Assembly: GCA_963765495.1 (NCBI GenBank)
Contig: CAVXWP010000008.1
Coordinates: forward strand, 736,001-800,000
Length of the DNA: 64,000 nucleotides
Origin: Blastocatellia bacterium
Lineage (GTDB): Bacteria > Acidobacteriota > Blastocatellia > UBA7656
Direction: 5' to 3'
The notes beneath the pieces are model-generated. The model searched no databases. It saw nothing but the letters and a program-made list of their open reading frames with translations, and had not been told where the DNA came from. Below, piece by piece: positions 1 through 10,113 of this stretch. Numbering within the stretch: the stretch's first letter is position 1; every line of letters begins with the position of its first letter. The position numbers and the translations under genes were made by a program.

Positions 1-1194
1 TTTTTTCAAAACACACCTTTCGAGTTGATAACCGCCTTTCGCACAAACGGGCCTTTCTCAAGCTCATTCATTCAGGCGTTCCCAGGAAGTTCGTTTGACC
101 CTGGCCCGAGGGCCGGGCGATTGCCCACAGACCCGACTCTCAGAAACGGCCCCACTGTGGATCGCAATCTGATAAATACACTTGTCGGGACAGGGGCGCT
201 GCTTCCAAACACATCGCCTTTCTTTGATACGACAGACCGAAAGATGCCCTATGTGCGTTCGGTATCATTTGGTTTCCAGCGCGAACTGATGGCCAACACC
301 GCCGTTACGGTTGATTACATTCATCAGGACGGGGTAGATCAGTTTGTGCAGGTACAATTGAACCCGGGAACGCGAGCTACCACAAGCGCTTCATCGCCGA
401 TTGTTCGGAGATTTGCTACGCTCGGCGAAGTGGTTCAAAACAGCTTTGCTTCATTAGACACCGCCCCGTTTGCCAATCTTCCTTTTGAATTGGTGAGGGC
501 AGTAAATCCTCAGACTCGCCTCAACTTAGGAGAGACCAATTATGACGCTCTTCAAATCTCTCTGGATAAGCGATACAGCCACGGATTTCAATTGAAGGGG
601 TCTTACACGCTGGCAAAGAGCCGGGGTAATATCGGCGCGAACGGAGCACCGGCGGCAAACTTCCAACTGCTGGATGACCCGCGTCTTGAACTAAACGAAG
701 GGCCTACGGATTTCGACATCCGGCACAATTTCGTCTTCAGCGGATTGTGGCAGGTTCCTCACACTCGCGGGTTGGTCATCAGCACGATAATGAGGGCGCT
801 GTCAGGTTCTCCATTCACGATTCTGGATACGACCGTGGACCCGGATCAAAACGGCATCACCTTCGATCCGCTTCCGGCCGGGAGCTTTTCCAGTTCTCGT
901 AGTTTCAAGAACGGCGAAACGCTCGATTTCGCATTCGAGAATGATGGAGGACGCAACGGCGCGCGAGGACCAAAATACCTCTCCGTTGATCTGCGGTTGG
1001 CCTATAAGTACAACTTTACTGAGCGTGTAAAGGCCGGGTTTACCTTTGAGGTGTTCAACCTCACCAATCGGACAAATTTCGATGGGGCCACGATCAGCGG
1101 CAACTTCTTTAACGGAGGTAACGCGAATTTCCTGATCCCCACAGGGTCGAGGGGGCCTCGGATATTACAACTCGGTTTCCGGGTAAGTTTCTAA
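1..1194 (+). CDS. TonB-dependent receptor (Oar-like), C-terminal part; 5' end lies outside the window
   Basis: Frame is open from base 1. Beta-barrel-like C-terminus with FEVFNLTNRTNF...PRILQLGFRVSF (terminal Phe), typical of acidobacterial Oar-type TBDRs. Confidence 0.9.
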   Translation, partial: FFQNTPFELITAFRTNGPFSSSFIQAFPGSSFDPGPRAGRLPTDPTLRNGPTVDRNLINTLVGTGALLPNTSPFFDTTDRKMPYVRSVSFGFQRELMANTAVTVDYIHQDGVDQFVQVQLNPGTRATTSASSPIVRRFATLGEVVQNSFASLDTAPFANLPFELVRAVNPQTRLNLGETNYDALQISLDKRYSHGFQLKGSYTLAKSRGNIGANGAPAANFQLLDDPRLELNEGPTDFDIRHNFVFSGLWQVPHTRGLVISTIMRALSGSPFTILDTTVDPDQNGITFDPLPAGSFSSSRSFKNGETLDFAFENDGGRNGARGPKYLSVDLRLAYKYNFTERVKAGFTFEVFNLTNRTNFDGATISGNFFNGGNANFLIPTGSRGPRILQLGFRVSF

Positions 1195-1197
1195 ATC

Positions 1198-1389
1198 ACT
1201 CCGCAAGAGATTGGTACAAATGAGTGTGAATGGAATGCATCTCGGAATAGGCCGGGACGGACGCGGATCGGGCGGGTTTTCGCGGATTGGCTCAAACTAG
1301 GTCAGATCCGCGCTGATCCGCCCGATCCGCGTCCGTCCCGGCCTATTCACATTTTCCTATGCTAAAGTTTGGAAAACTGAATGCCCCTG
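1198..1389. mobile_element. Palindromic MITE/REPIN-like element copy 1 (chimeric: type-A left end, type-B right end)
   Basis: Perfect 31-bp inverted repeat 1245-1275/1318-1348. Left end GCAAGAGATTGGTACAAA (1203-1220) is shared with copy 2. Right end CCTATGCTA...GGAAAACTGAATGCCCCTG is shared with copy 4. Confidence 0.8.
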
Positions 1390-1495
1390 CCCTGACGACC
1401 AGTTTCTTGTTGAAAAACTCACCTCCGATTGATAGATCAAACAAAGCTGGTCTATGATTGCCTTTGCAAATTTCTTTATTGGAGAGGCTATTTTC

Positions 1496-2482
1496 ATGAG
1501 ATATAAGCTGTCGGTCATCGTAATCCTTGCCAGTTCTTTTCTGTTCAACCTCTCGCCTTCAGCGCAATCAAATGGTTCATCAATCGACAAAACATCCGTC
1601 CGCCAGGTGGCGATAACTATTGATGATCTGCCTTTTGTTTCGGCTTCACCTCTGGATGAAGTGACCCTGAGACATTTGACTGCCAAACTCTTGAAGGCCG
1701 CTACATCGAACGGTGTCCCGGTTACAGGGTTTGTGAATGAAAACAAGCTTGAGCGTGAAGGCAAGCTTGATCCATCCCGGGTTGATCTGTTGAGAATGTG
1801 GCTTGATGCGGGACTGGATTTAGGCAACCACACTTTCTCGCACATAGACTTTAACAAGACTCCTCTCGAAGAGTTTGAGCAGGATGTGATCCGTGGAGAG
1901 ACGGTGACGAAACATCTGCTCGCTGATAAAGGGAAACAACTCCGCTATTTTCGCCATCCATTTCTACACACGGGAAAGGACCTTGAGACAAAAAAAGCCT
2001 TCGAAGATTTTCTGGCGGAGCGAGGATACACGATAGCCCCTGTCACTGTAGACACATCAGATTGGATATTCGCGCGAGCCTACGACAAAGCGGCCCTTAA
2101 CGGTGACGCAAAGACGATGAAGAGCATCGGCGATGCATACATCCCATATATGGACCAGAAATTTGCGTATTACGAATCGCAATCGAATAAACTGCTTGGC
2201 AGTGAGATAAGGCAAATACTCCTGATTCATGCCAACACTCTCAATGCCGATCATCTCGGTGACCTTATCGAAATACTCAAGAGACGCGGGTACAGGTTTA
2301 TCAGTCTTGAAGAGGCGTTAAAGGACGACGCCTACAAAACACCCGACACGTTCATAAGTTCCGCAGGCATTTCCTGGCTTCACAGATGGGCCTATGTTAA
2401 AGGACACAGGGGAGAATATTTTAAAGGCGAACCGACTGTACCTGAGTTCGTAATGAAACTGGCCGGAGTCACATCCGAATAG
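1496..2482 (+). CDS. Secreted polysaccharide deacetylase (CE4/NodB)
   Basis: Signal peptide; TIDD, GNHTFSH, FRHPF and ILLIH motifs; start moved to MRYKL after GGAGAGG. Confidence 0.9.
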   Translation: MRYKLSVIVILASSFLFNLSPSAQSNGSSIDKTSVRQVAITIDDLPFVSASPLDEVTLRHLTAKLLKAATSNGVPVTGFVNENKLEREGKLDPSRVDLLRMWLDAGLDLGNHTFSHIDFNKTPLEEFEQDVIRGETVTKHLLADKGKQLRYFRHPFLHTGKDLETKKAFEDFLAERGYTIAPVTVDTSDWIFARAYDKAALNGDAKTMKSIGDAYIPYMDQKFAYYESQSNKLLGSEIRQILLIHANTLNADHLGDLIEILKRRGYRFISLEEALKDDAYKTPDTFISSAGISWLHRWAYVKGHRGEYFKGEPTVPEFVMKLAGVTSE

Positions 2483-2559
2483 ACGCCCCGTTGCGTTCAC
2501 TGGCCACGAGGCATCTATTCGAGACTGTCGAAGTCATCCGGTATTCCGATTAATTCGAG

Positions 2560-3303
2560 TTAATCAATCGGTCGAATGGGGCCTTCCGTGCGACCAAGCG
2601 TCTTTGGCGAATCGGCTTCAGGGTCATCGGGGGGAGAGACTAGGTTGCCCGAGGAGGGTTGCGGCACAGTGGCGTTTGACTGCGCTTCGCTTCCGCCAAT
2701 TCCCTGTTTATAACGAGCCAGTAACTCATCGGCCGCCGCGCGAGCGCGTTGAGTTTCAAGCTCATGATCGGCCGCCGCAATCTCTGCATCCGCAGATGAA
2801 ATCGCCGACCTGTTCAAGCGAGCGCGCATTTCATCGAGGGTAGAGGCCGGGTCCATCGGATCGAATGGCGATTGAATCCCGGCAATGTTCTCCCGCATCG
2901 ATGTGAGGTGAGTTTCAGCGGCAAGCTCTTCGCCCATTCTCCGTCGTTCCTCGCGCAGAGATGCCGCCCGAGCAGCCGAGGAATTGGCTTCGCTGATCTG
3001 CTTTTTCAACAGATCGCGGTGGTTGGAAAGCGTGACCAATTGATTTACTGCATTGGTGGCGGCGGATTCATTACCCTGGTCACGGGCCATCCGCTCTCGT
3101 TCGGCCACACCGATTATCTTCAACTCCACTTCGGCCAGTTCTTTTTCAAACATCTTTATCGAAGCCCGCGTCTGAACCTCCAGCTCATTCAGCCGCGCCA
3201 TCTCTGCCCGCGTGATCGCCCGCACATCCTTATCGGGTCCGCTCGCGCGGTTTATCATATCGTCGAGATAAGAGTTGATCAGTCGTTTAGTGCGTTCCCA
3301 CAT
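2560..3303 (-). CDS. PspA/IM30-like coiled-coil protein
   Basis: N-terminal amphipathic MWERTKRLINSYLDDMINRASGP resembles PspA helix 0/1; long coiled coil; disordered tail. Confidence 0.6.
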   Translation of the reverse strand: MWERTKRLINSYLDDMINRASGPDKDVRAITRAEMARLNELEVQTRASIKMFEKELAEVELKIIGVAERERMARDQGNESAATNAVNQLVTLSNHRDLLKKQISEANSSAARAASLREERRRMGEELAAETHLTSMRENIAGIQSPFDPMDPASTLDEMRARLNRSAISSADAEIAAADHELETQRARAAADELLARYKQGIGGSEAQSNATVPQPSSGNLVSPPDDPEADSPKTLGRTEGPIRPID

Positions 3304-3348
3304 CCCTTTGCCTCTGTCCTCAATTATTATACCCGCGCGCGGAGACGG

Positions 3349-4059
3349 TCAATGTTGAGAATCGCGTTCGGGTGCGTCCTGCTGGATCGGTCTGGGGCCG
3401 GGCGAAGCCTGTTGGATGACCGGCAGGGTCAAAGGCTTTACAAATTTTATGCGAAAGACCGCGCCGGGCTGAACCCGCACTTCGCCGCCCTTTGTCAGTA
3501 AAACACCGCCAAGCAGGCTCCCTAATATCATAGCGCCACCGGCAGCCGCAGGGCCTCCGACCAGTACGGTCCCGATACCCGCTGCGCCTCCTATCGTCCC
3601 GGCGTCTCTAGTATTTTCGACGGTTCTCTTACCGCTGCGCTTGCCCTTTACTTTCCCTTCGTCATCGGCCTTTAGTTTATCGTCGTTATCCCAATCGTCA
3701 ATAGAGGTCAGCACAACCGACACATTCTCCTCACCCCAGGGCATGGCAACTTTCTCAAAAATGATAGAGAGTTTCCCGTTCTTCTGCCCCCGCCCGGCGG
3801 GTGCTACCTCGGTTATTCGACCGTGGAATTCGGTTCCTCGGGGCAAAACCAGTTTATTGTCTACATAGATCGGGTCATTTAGAACTGCCGTTATCGTATC
3901 GCCTACTTCGTTCAGCTTGGAACTGAGTTGTGTTTGGAGAACCAGACGCGCTTTGGTTTCGGGTTCGATTGTGGCTTCGTTGGCTGCCTGGGACCAGGCG
4001 GGCGCAACGCTACTAATTTGAATCGCGCAAAGCATGATTGCGCAAATAACCTTTCTCAT
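3349..4059 (-). CDS. Exported protein with TrbI/VirB10-like beta domain and glycine zipper
   Basis: Signal peptide; LQTQLSSK..VGD, LPRGTEFHGRI; GGAAGIG..GGPAAAGG..LLGGVL..KGGEV..PGA pattern. Confidence 0.6.
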   Translation of the reverse strand: MRKVICAIMLCAIQISSVAPAWSQAANEATIEPETKARLVLQTQLSSKLNEVGDTITAVLNDPIYVDNKLVLPRGTEFHGRITEVAPAGRGQKNGKLSIIFEKVAMPWGEENVSVVLTSIDDWDNDDKLKADDEGKVKGKRSGKRTVENTRDAGTIGGAAGIGTVLVGGPAAAGGAMILGSLLGGVLLTKGGEVRVQPGAVFRIKFVKPLTLPVIQQASPGPRPIQQDAPERDSQH

Positions 4060-4172
4060 ATTTCACCTCCTGAATCAGGCAGCCGAGTGACGCTGGTAGA
4101 TATTAAAACAGGCTTCCCACCCGGTCAAGATGGCGCGACGGCTTAAACAGGATACCGATTCCTGATGAGCTT

Positions 4173-5561
4173 TCAACCTATGGCTTGTTTGATAGTCGAA
4201 GCCAGGCGGTTGGCCTGCTCTTCAATTGTCGTCTGGTCTTCGCCTTCTATCATGACGCGAGCTAGATTCTCTGTCCCCGAATACCGAACGAGCAAGCGCC
4301 CGCGACCTTGCATCTCTTCTTCAAATTGCGAGATTTCATTGCTCACCTTAGGCAAACTCTCGATTGGCGGCTTCGAGCGCACCGGGACATTTATGAGAAC
4401 CTGCGGAAATCGTTTCATCTCTGCCGCAAGGTCGTCAAGCCTGCGCCCGGATTCCACTACCGCGCGCAAGACTTCGATCCCCGTAATCAGCCCATCGCCC
4501 GCGAGCGATATATCAGGGAAAATAATGTGGCCCGACTGCTCTCCCCCGAGTTTCCCTCCTCGCCTCAACAAATCATCCAGTACGTTTCTGTCACCCACCT
4601 GAGCCCTAATCATCTCGATCTCATTTTCCCGCAGAGCGATCTCAAGCCCTATATTGCTCATCACTGTGGCAACAACCAGATTGCCGGAAAGCAGACCGCG
4701 CGATTGCAAATTCCTTGCAAGGATCAGAAGCATCTGATCGCCGTCGATGACTTTTCCGCTCGAATCTATAAAGAGAGCCCTGTCGGCATCTCCATCAAAG
4801 GCGATCCCCATCTGAAGGCCGTTCTCAAGTACGAAGTTTTGAAGTAATTCCAGATGCGTGGAACCGCAACCCTCGTTTATGTTACGCCCATCGGGTGATA
4901 CCGCGATTGCGCTGACCACGGCGCCCAGTCGCTCGAACAGTGGAGGAGCTATCGCGGAAGCCGCCCCGTTGGCGCAATCCAACCCGAGCCGCAACCCGCT
5001 GAGGTCTAGCCCGCGACCTATCTCATCCGCAAGGTAATCCAGATACATTCCGCAATACTCGTTTTGACAATTCTCCAGGTCTTCCTGTGGCGCAAGAGTG
5101 GCAGCATCCGTGATTCCCTGTTTATTGGAAGTATCCAAATGCTCGGCGAGAAATGCTTCGATTTTGCGCTCAATCTGATCTGCCAATTTTTCCCCGGTCG
5201 GAGTAAAGACTTTGATTCCATTGTCGCGGTAAGGATTGTGTGAGGCAGAAATGACTATGCCCGCGTCGAAGCGCTCGCTTCGGGTAATAAAGGCGATACC
5301 GGGCGTGGTGATAATCCCGGCAGATTTCAACTTTGCCCCGGCAGCGAAAATGCCTCGCGCAAGGAGTCGCTCAATTTGAGGCCCCGACTCGCGGGTGTCG
5401 CGCCCAATTATAATTTGGGGCGAGTGCCCGAGGCTTTCAGACAGGATCACGGCTATCGACCGCCCTATCATTTCTACGGTTGCATCGTCGAGCGGGAACT
5501 CGCCCGCCACTCCTCTGATTCCGTCGGTTCCAAACAGTTTTTGCGCCTCGCCTGTCGGCAT
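4173..5561 (-). CDS. glmM: Phosphoglucosamine mutase
   Basis: FGTDGIRG, ISASHNP, FDGDADR, GGEQSGH, VRYSGTE motifs; cdaA-cdaR-glmM synteny. Confidence 0.97.
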   Translation of the reverse strand: MPTGEAQKLFGTDGIRGVAGEFPLDDATVEMIGRSIAVILSESLGHSPQIIIGRDTRESGPQIERLLARGIFAAGAKLKSAGIITTPGIAFITRSERFDAGIVISASHNPYRDNGIKVFTPTGEKLADQIERKIEAFLAEHLDTSNKQGITDAATLAPQEDLENCQNEYCGMYLDYLADEIGRGLDLSGLRLGLDCANGAASAIAPPLFERLGAVVSAIAVSPDGRNINEGCGSTHLELLQNFVLENGLQMGIAFDGDADRALFIDSSGKVIDGDQMLLILARNLQSRGLLSGNLVVATVMSNIGLEIALRENEIEMIRAQVGDRNVLDDLLRRGGKLGGEQSGHIIFPDISLAGDGLITGIEVLRAVVESGRRLDDLAAEMKRFPQVLINVPVRSKPPIESLPKVSNEISQFEEEMQGRGRLLVRYSGTENLARVMIEGEDQTTIEEQANRLASTIKQAIG

Positions 5562-5650
5562 TTATGCATCTCTCCTTATAGGGGATTTCAATGACCAGCA
5601 CACCGGGCCCGGGAACTGGTCGGTATTTGAGTTTCAGCCTGAAGGCAAAG

Positions 5651-6613
5651 TCATCGCACCCTGATATATTCAGGGCTTATCGAACGAACCTGTACCTTGT
5701 CCTGAAACCTCGATAGAGAAACTCTTGGGGAGATTTCGTGCCATCTGTCCGAGCTTCCAGGGTAATCAACAGTGGCAATGATATCGTCGCTTGTGAGCCG
5801 GTCAACCCCGGATTGTGCGCCGTATACCTTCACATTTATGAATCTTGGAACAATCCTGGCCGAAGACGGGCCGCCATTTAGAGTGACAAGAACATTTTCT
5901 ATAGTGCGTTCCTTTTGCGCCTCGCGGATGTCTACATTCAACTGCACTTTGCGATGTATCTCATCGCTGATATTCACGTTTGGAGAGCCTATATCGATTG
6001 CAACATTCTGGCTGAAACCCTGTGTCCTTCCTTCGAGGCTGACCGTCTCGGTCGTTACCATAATGATGTCCTTCACCTGACTTTGCGCCCCAAAAATGCG
6101 TACGCTCGGAGGTTGAATAGACCAGGTATATTCATAGCCGGGTGGCAATTCCCCTGCAAAACGAGGCACAACCGCAACCTCGCGTTCAACCACGTTTTCG
6201 ACAGTGATGCGTATATTGCGCGGGTCTACGCTTGCCTCTTTTATGCTGGCCGGTAGCCGTGTGCGCTCGAGTCTTAAGGGGATGACACGGACACCCGGTT
6301 CAATTCCGGAAAGATCTGCCAGTACATTCAAATCACTGGCGCGAACCGAATCGAGCACATCGCGAGGCCCTCGCATATAAATTCTGGCGTATGGATTGTC
6401 GGCATTGGTGACTGTCATTACGCGAGGATCGGGCACATTGCGGAATTCGATAGGCACATTCGGAACGGTGATCTGACCGACCGGGCGCGAGGCTACAGAC
6501 AACCACAGGACGGCAGTAATGAAAAGCGCCAGTACCTTCAAGCCGGTATTCTCTAGAACATAATCACGCGCATATTCAGACAGCTGATTCCGATATTGGC
6601 GCATCTTATCCAT
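5651..6613 (-). CDS. cdaR: YbbR-domain diadenylate cyclase regulator
   Basis: N-terminal TM (NTGLKVLALFITAVLWLSV) followed by repeated YbbR-like beta domains; lies between cdaA and glmM. Confidence 0.9.
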   Translation of the reverse strand: MDKMRQYRNQLSEYARDYVLENTGLKVLALFITAVLWLSVASRPVGQITVPNVPIEFRNVPDPRVMTVTNADNPYARIYMRGPRDVLDSVRASDLNVLADLSGIEPGVRVIPLRLERTRLPASIKEASVDPRNIRITVENVVEREVAVVPRFAGELPPGYEYTWSIQPPSVRIFGAQSQVKDIIMVTTETVSLEGRTQGFSQNVAIDIGSPNVNISDEIHRKVQLNVDIREAQKERTIENVLVTLNGGPSSARIVPRFINVKVYGAQSGVDRLTSDDIIATVDYPGSSDRWHEISPRVSLSRFQDKVQVRSISPEYIRVR

Positions 6614-6623
6614 CTTAAATCGG

Positions 6624-7505
6624 CTACTTCACATAGGTTTCGGTTATCCGTTCGCTAGAAGCATCTGAGGCAGGTTTTCCCACCCGGCGGGGGGGTCGCT
6701 TCGGCCTCACTACTTCACGGAATGAGCGGATGGGATCGATTGCATCCCTGATAAGCTCACGCAGGCGCGAACTGTTCAAATATCGCGTGATCTCGCCCTT
6801 CTCGACAAAGGAGATCACGCCGGTTTCTTCGCTCACAACCACTGCCACAGCGTCCGTATCTTCGGTGACACCGATTGCCGCCCTGTGACGGGTTCCTAGC
6901 TCTTTTGAAAGTTTCGGATTCAGCGTTAGAGGAAGGAAGCAACTCGCAGCCGCCAACTTATAATCACGGACAATAACCGCACCGTCGTGCAGGGGCGTGT
7001 GCGTGTCGAAAATGGTCACGAGCAGATCGTATGACAGGCTGGCCCCGAGCGCCACGCCCGTATCGATGTAGTTTTGCAGCCCTACATTTCTCTCTAAAAC
7101 AATCAGCGCCCCGATTCTGCGCGAGGAGAGGGTCATCGCGGCAAGCACTATCTCGTCATACGCCTCGTGACCCAGTTTTGAGCGACCGAATCTTAACGGG
7201 CTTCTCAAATTAGAGCCCACTCTCATCAAAGCGGAGCGAATTTCAGGGGCGAAAATGACCAGTATCGCAAATCCGAAATAGAGCAGCATATTTCGCATTA
7301 CGAACTGTAAAGTCTCCAGCCCGAAATAGACCGACATCTGATACAGGAGACCTACACCGAGCAGACCCATCGCCATTTGCACGGCGCGAGTCCCTCTGAC
7401 AAGCTTCAAAAGGCCATAAATGATTGCCCACACCACCAGGAAATCAACAAGGTCGGTCGGGCGAAGCTGCTCGAAGAATCTAAGCAATTCGGTCGATCGA
7501 GTCAT
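6624..7505 (-). CDS. cdaA: Membrane diadenylate cyclase (c-di-AMP synthase)
   Basis: Three N-terminal TM segments; DAC motifs PLHDGA and GTRHRAA. Confidence 0.96.
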   Translation of the reverse strand: MTRSTELLRFFEQLRPTDLVDFLVVWAIIYGLLKLVRGTRAVQMAMGLLGVGLLYQMSVYFGLETLQFVMRNMLLYFGFAILVIFAPEIRSALMRVGSNLRSPLRFGRSKLGHEAYDEIVLAAMTLSSRRIGALIVLERNVGLQNYIDTGVALGASLSYDLLVTIFDTHTPLHDGAVIVRDYKLAAASCFLPLTLNPKLSKELGTRHRAAIGVTEDTDAVAVVVSEETGVISFVEKGEITRYLNSSRLRELIRDAIDPIRSFREVVRPKRPPRRVGKPASDASSERITETYVK

Positions 7506-7735
7506 CTGGTAGTCGCTGCTCCCTGCTTTCCTCTTTACACAACCGGGTGTCGGTCAAGTCCGCCCTACTGGCTGCTTGTACCGTCATAGATGCGACATTG
7601 GTTGAAAAGTGTTGCCGCGCGAAGATACTGGTTGGCGATTTATCTTGAGAACACCGAGTCGTAAAAAACATCTCTCATCTCAATCGTATCTTAACCAGAA
7701 GCCTCCAACTTTATGGTAGCCCTCAGGTCCGGCAG

Positions 7736-7748
7736 AATCAAGTAGTTA
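7736..7748 (+). promoter_or_regulatory. IHF-consensus site
   Basis: AATCAAGTAGTTA is an exact match to WATCAANNNNTTR, in an AT-rich intergenic region upstream of a sigma54-type promoter. Confidence 0.4.
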
Positions 7749-8024
7749 GCTTCGAAAGGCTCTCGTTTGAGACATTTTATGTTATTTGGACTTACAAAAT
7801 CTGTTTGGCAAGTGTAGCGCGATGATATTCAATACCCTGCTGACCGCTATAAACCCGCGCCGTAGCCAGCGGTTTGTCAAGCCACATCCATTTAAAGACT
7901 TGCAGATATGACGGATTATTGTAAGAATACACTCTAGCCTCATAGCTGTACGCTTTCGCCTCACAAGAAAAGCCCCTCGTTATACAGGCTGCCCGTTCGG
8001 CTGAGTAAAAAGACCATTAACGTA

Positions 8025-8040
8025 TGGTATGCGAATTGCT
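8025..8040 (+). promoter_or_regulatory. Putative sigma54 (-24/-12) promoter
   Basis: TGGTATGCGAATTGCT: GG-N10-GC with TTGCT, 47 nt upstream of the small ORF at 8088. Confidence 0.6.
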
Positions 8041-8087
8041 CCTCAAACAGGAGAAGAGCAAAAACAAATGAAAGAGGTAACAAGCTA

Positions 8088-8258
8088 ATGACGATAAGAT
8101 TAGTTAAACGAAATCAGGAAACAAAAGCCAAGAAAGAGAATATTGAGACTCCATCTCCAAACCGATTGTTGGAATCCACTCAGGCGTGGGTTGAGGAATA
8201 TAGAGCTAAGAAAGCCAGAAACAATGCAGCTCTACTGGCGATTGTAAGAAGCAATTAA
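8088..8258 (+). CDS. Small hypothetical protein (56 aa), below the ORF-track cutoff
   Basis: MTIRLVKRNQETKAKKENIETPSPNRLLESTQAWVEEYRAKKARNNAALLAIVRSN; GAGGT SD upstream; sigma54-type promoter; hairpin downstream. Confidence 0.65.
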   Translation: MTIRLVKRNQETKAKKENIETPSPNRLLESTQAWVEEYRAKKARNNAALLAIVRSN

Positions 8259-8551
8259 GTAACCCGAAGCCCGGTCTATCGCTCAATATCCATCGGCACG
8301 ACCGGCGATTCAGGGAAAGTCCTTCAAGCATCTGGCTACCAGTCGCACCCTATATTTAGAATTAATCTCGCGTTTGCAATCAAACTATTTGAGGCGGATT
8401 CTGCCCAAATCGTATACCGGAGCTTTGACATTTGTAATACGTTTCCCTGAGTATGGATTCACAAAAGGGTTCAATGTGACTGTTCAGGTTGCAACAAGAC
8501 CATCAGATTGGAAAGAGCGATCCAACACGCAGTAGGCTTCAGGGGTGGGCT

Positions 8552-9784
8552 TCAGACCTTAATGCGTGTGGGGACCGCGCGCAAAACATCGAGAACGGCA
8601 TCAAGTATGCGATCCGCCGCTTCTCGCTTTGTAAGCAAGGGCAATTCAGTTTCGCCCTGAGGCGAGACAAGAATTATTCTGTTTGTATCAACATCGAACC
8701 CGGCATCGATGGCCGATACATCGTTGGCAACAATCAGGTCGGCGCTTTTTTCTACCAGCTTTTTTCGTGCATTTGAAATGACGTTTTGAGTCTCAGCCGC
8801 AAACCCGACTATAACCCGCGAGCCCTTCTCTCTTCCCACAGTTGCGAGGATGTCAGTGGTTTGTTCAAGCTCAAGGATAAATCTGTCGCCGTTCTTTTTG
8901 ATCTTCTGGTCTGCGGTTTGGACCGGGCGATAATCTGCCACAGCGGCGGCCATAATTACGACGCTTGCATCAATCAGGTTATCCATAACAGCCGAAAACA
9001 TCTCTGTCGCCGAACGCACTCTTATCACACGCGAGCCCGCTGGAGGCTCGATTGAAACAGGGCCCGTTATAAGTGTTACTTTTGCCCCTCGCCCGAGGGC
9101 CGCCTCTGCCAGCGAGTATCCCATCTTGCCCGATGACTTATTCGTTATTCCTCGCACCGGGTCTATGGCTTCATAAGTAGGGCCTGCGGTAATCAGCACA
9201 TGCTCGTTGTTGAAATCCCCTGCACTCTCTTCGGATGCGAGTCGAAGCCGGTCGCCTCCAAGCAGGTCGAAGACGCGCTCGACAATCACGGAGGGTTCGG
9301 CCAGACGCCCCGCCCCAACGGTGCGGCAGGCCAGGTAGCCTTCTTCCGGGTCAACGATTGCGACACCGCGTTCTCTGAGTCTGCGCACGTTCTCCTGTGT
9401 CGCAGGGTGCGCCCACATTTCCACGTTCATGGCGGGCGCAACCATCACTTGCGAGGTCGTTGAAATGTAGAGTGTCGAGAGAAAATCGTCCGCAATCCCG
9501 CTTGCAAACTTGGCAAGAGCATTAGCGGTCGCAGGAGCTACCAGCAGGAGATCACAGGATTGCGCTATCTGGATGTGCTTTATCTCAGGGTCGTCCGTAG
9601 GCGAAAACATGTCCGTGATGACGGGCAGACCCGAGATGGATTGAAAAGTCAGCGGGCCGACGAAATTTGTTGCGTGCCCTGTCATCACTACCTGCACCTG
9701 AGCGCCGCCCTTTTGCAGCCCGCGCAATATCTCGACGGCCTTATATGCGGCAATGCAGCCGGTGACTCCGAGCGCAACCTTCAT
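8552..9784 (-). CDS. coaBC: Bifunctional phosphopantothenoylcysteine decarboxylase/synthase
   Basis: GVTGCIAAYKA, APAMNVEM, TAGPTYE.IDPVR.ITNKSSGKMG, VGFAAET; start at MKVALG. Confidence 0.97.
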   Translation of the reverse strand: MKVALGVTGCIAAYKAVEILRGLQKGGAQVQVVMTGHATNFVGPLTFQSISGLPVITDMFSPTDDPEIKHIQIAQSCDLLLVAPATANALAKFASGIADDFLSTLYISTTSQVMVAPAMNVEMWAHPATQENVRRLRERGVAIVDPEEGYLACRTVGAGRLAEPSVIVERVFDLLGGDRLRLASEESAGDFNNEHVLITAGPTYEAIDPVRGITNKSSGKMGYSLAEAALGRGAKVTLITGPVSIEPPAGSRVIRVRSATEMFSAVMDNLIDASVVIMAAAVADYRPVQTADQKIKKNGDRFILELEQTTDILATVGREKGSRVIVGFAAETQNVISNARKKLVEKSADLIVANDVSAIDAGFDVDTNRIILVSPQGETELPLLTKREAADRILDAVLDVLRAVPTRIKV

Positions 9785-9894
9785 GGCCTCACCTCTATAC
9801 CCTGGTATTTTGTTTCGCACAACCTTAAGAATTCATTGCAGGAGCAGCCCAAAAGGCCGCACCTTCCTGTAAGAGGGTGCCGGTATCTCTCTAT

Positions 9895-10113
9895 TTATTC
9901 TTTGACATCCTCTTCCTTCATCGTAGGCTGATATTGCACCAGCCCGCGCCGGACCTCTTCGAGGGCCACCCGCGTAGGCTTTTTGGCCAGTGATTCCAGG
10001 CGGGGCCTGGCACCTTTTTGTATCTGCTTGCTCCGCTTCGCGGCAAGCAATACCAGCCTGTACTTGCTGTCAACTTCGCTTGTCCAGCCGGGTTCATTTT
10101 TCTCATCAGGCAT
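9895..10113 (-). CDS. rpoZ: RNA polymerase omega subunit
   Basis: DSKYRLVLLAAKRSKQI...KPTRVALEEV; sits between gmk and coaBC; start moved to MPDEK. Confidence 0.93.
   Translation of the reverse strand: MPDEKNEPGWTSEVDSKYRLVLLAAKRSKQIQKGARPRLESLAKKPTRVALEEVRRGLVQYQPTMKEEDVKE

Noticed and set aside
1357-1857. ORFs 1357-1857(-) and 50893-51162(-) share a C-terminal GQ/KQ-GHSVFQ motif
   Set aside because: The shared peptide is just the translated type-B TIR, and both ORFs are antisense to real genes.
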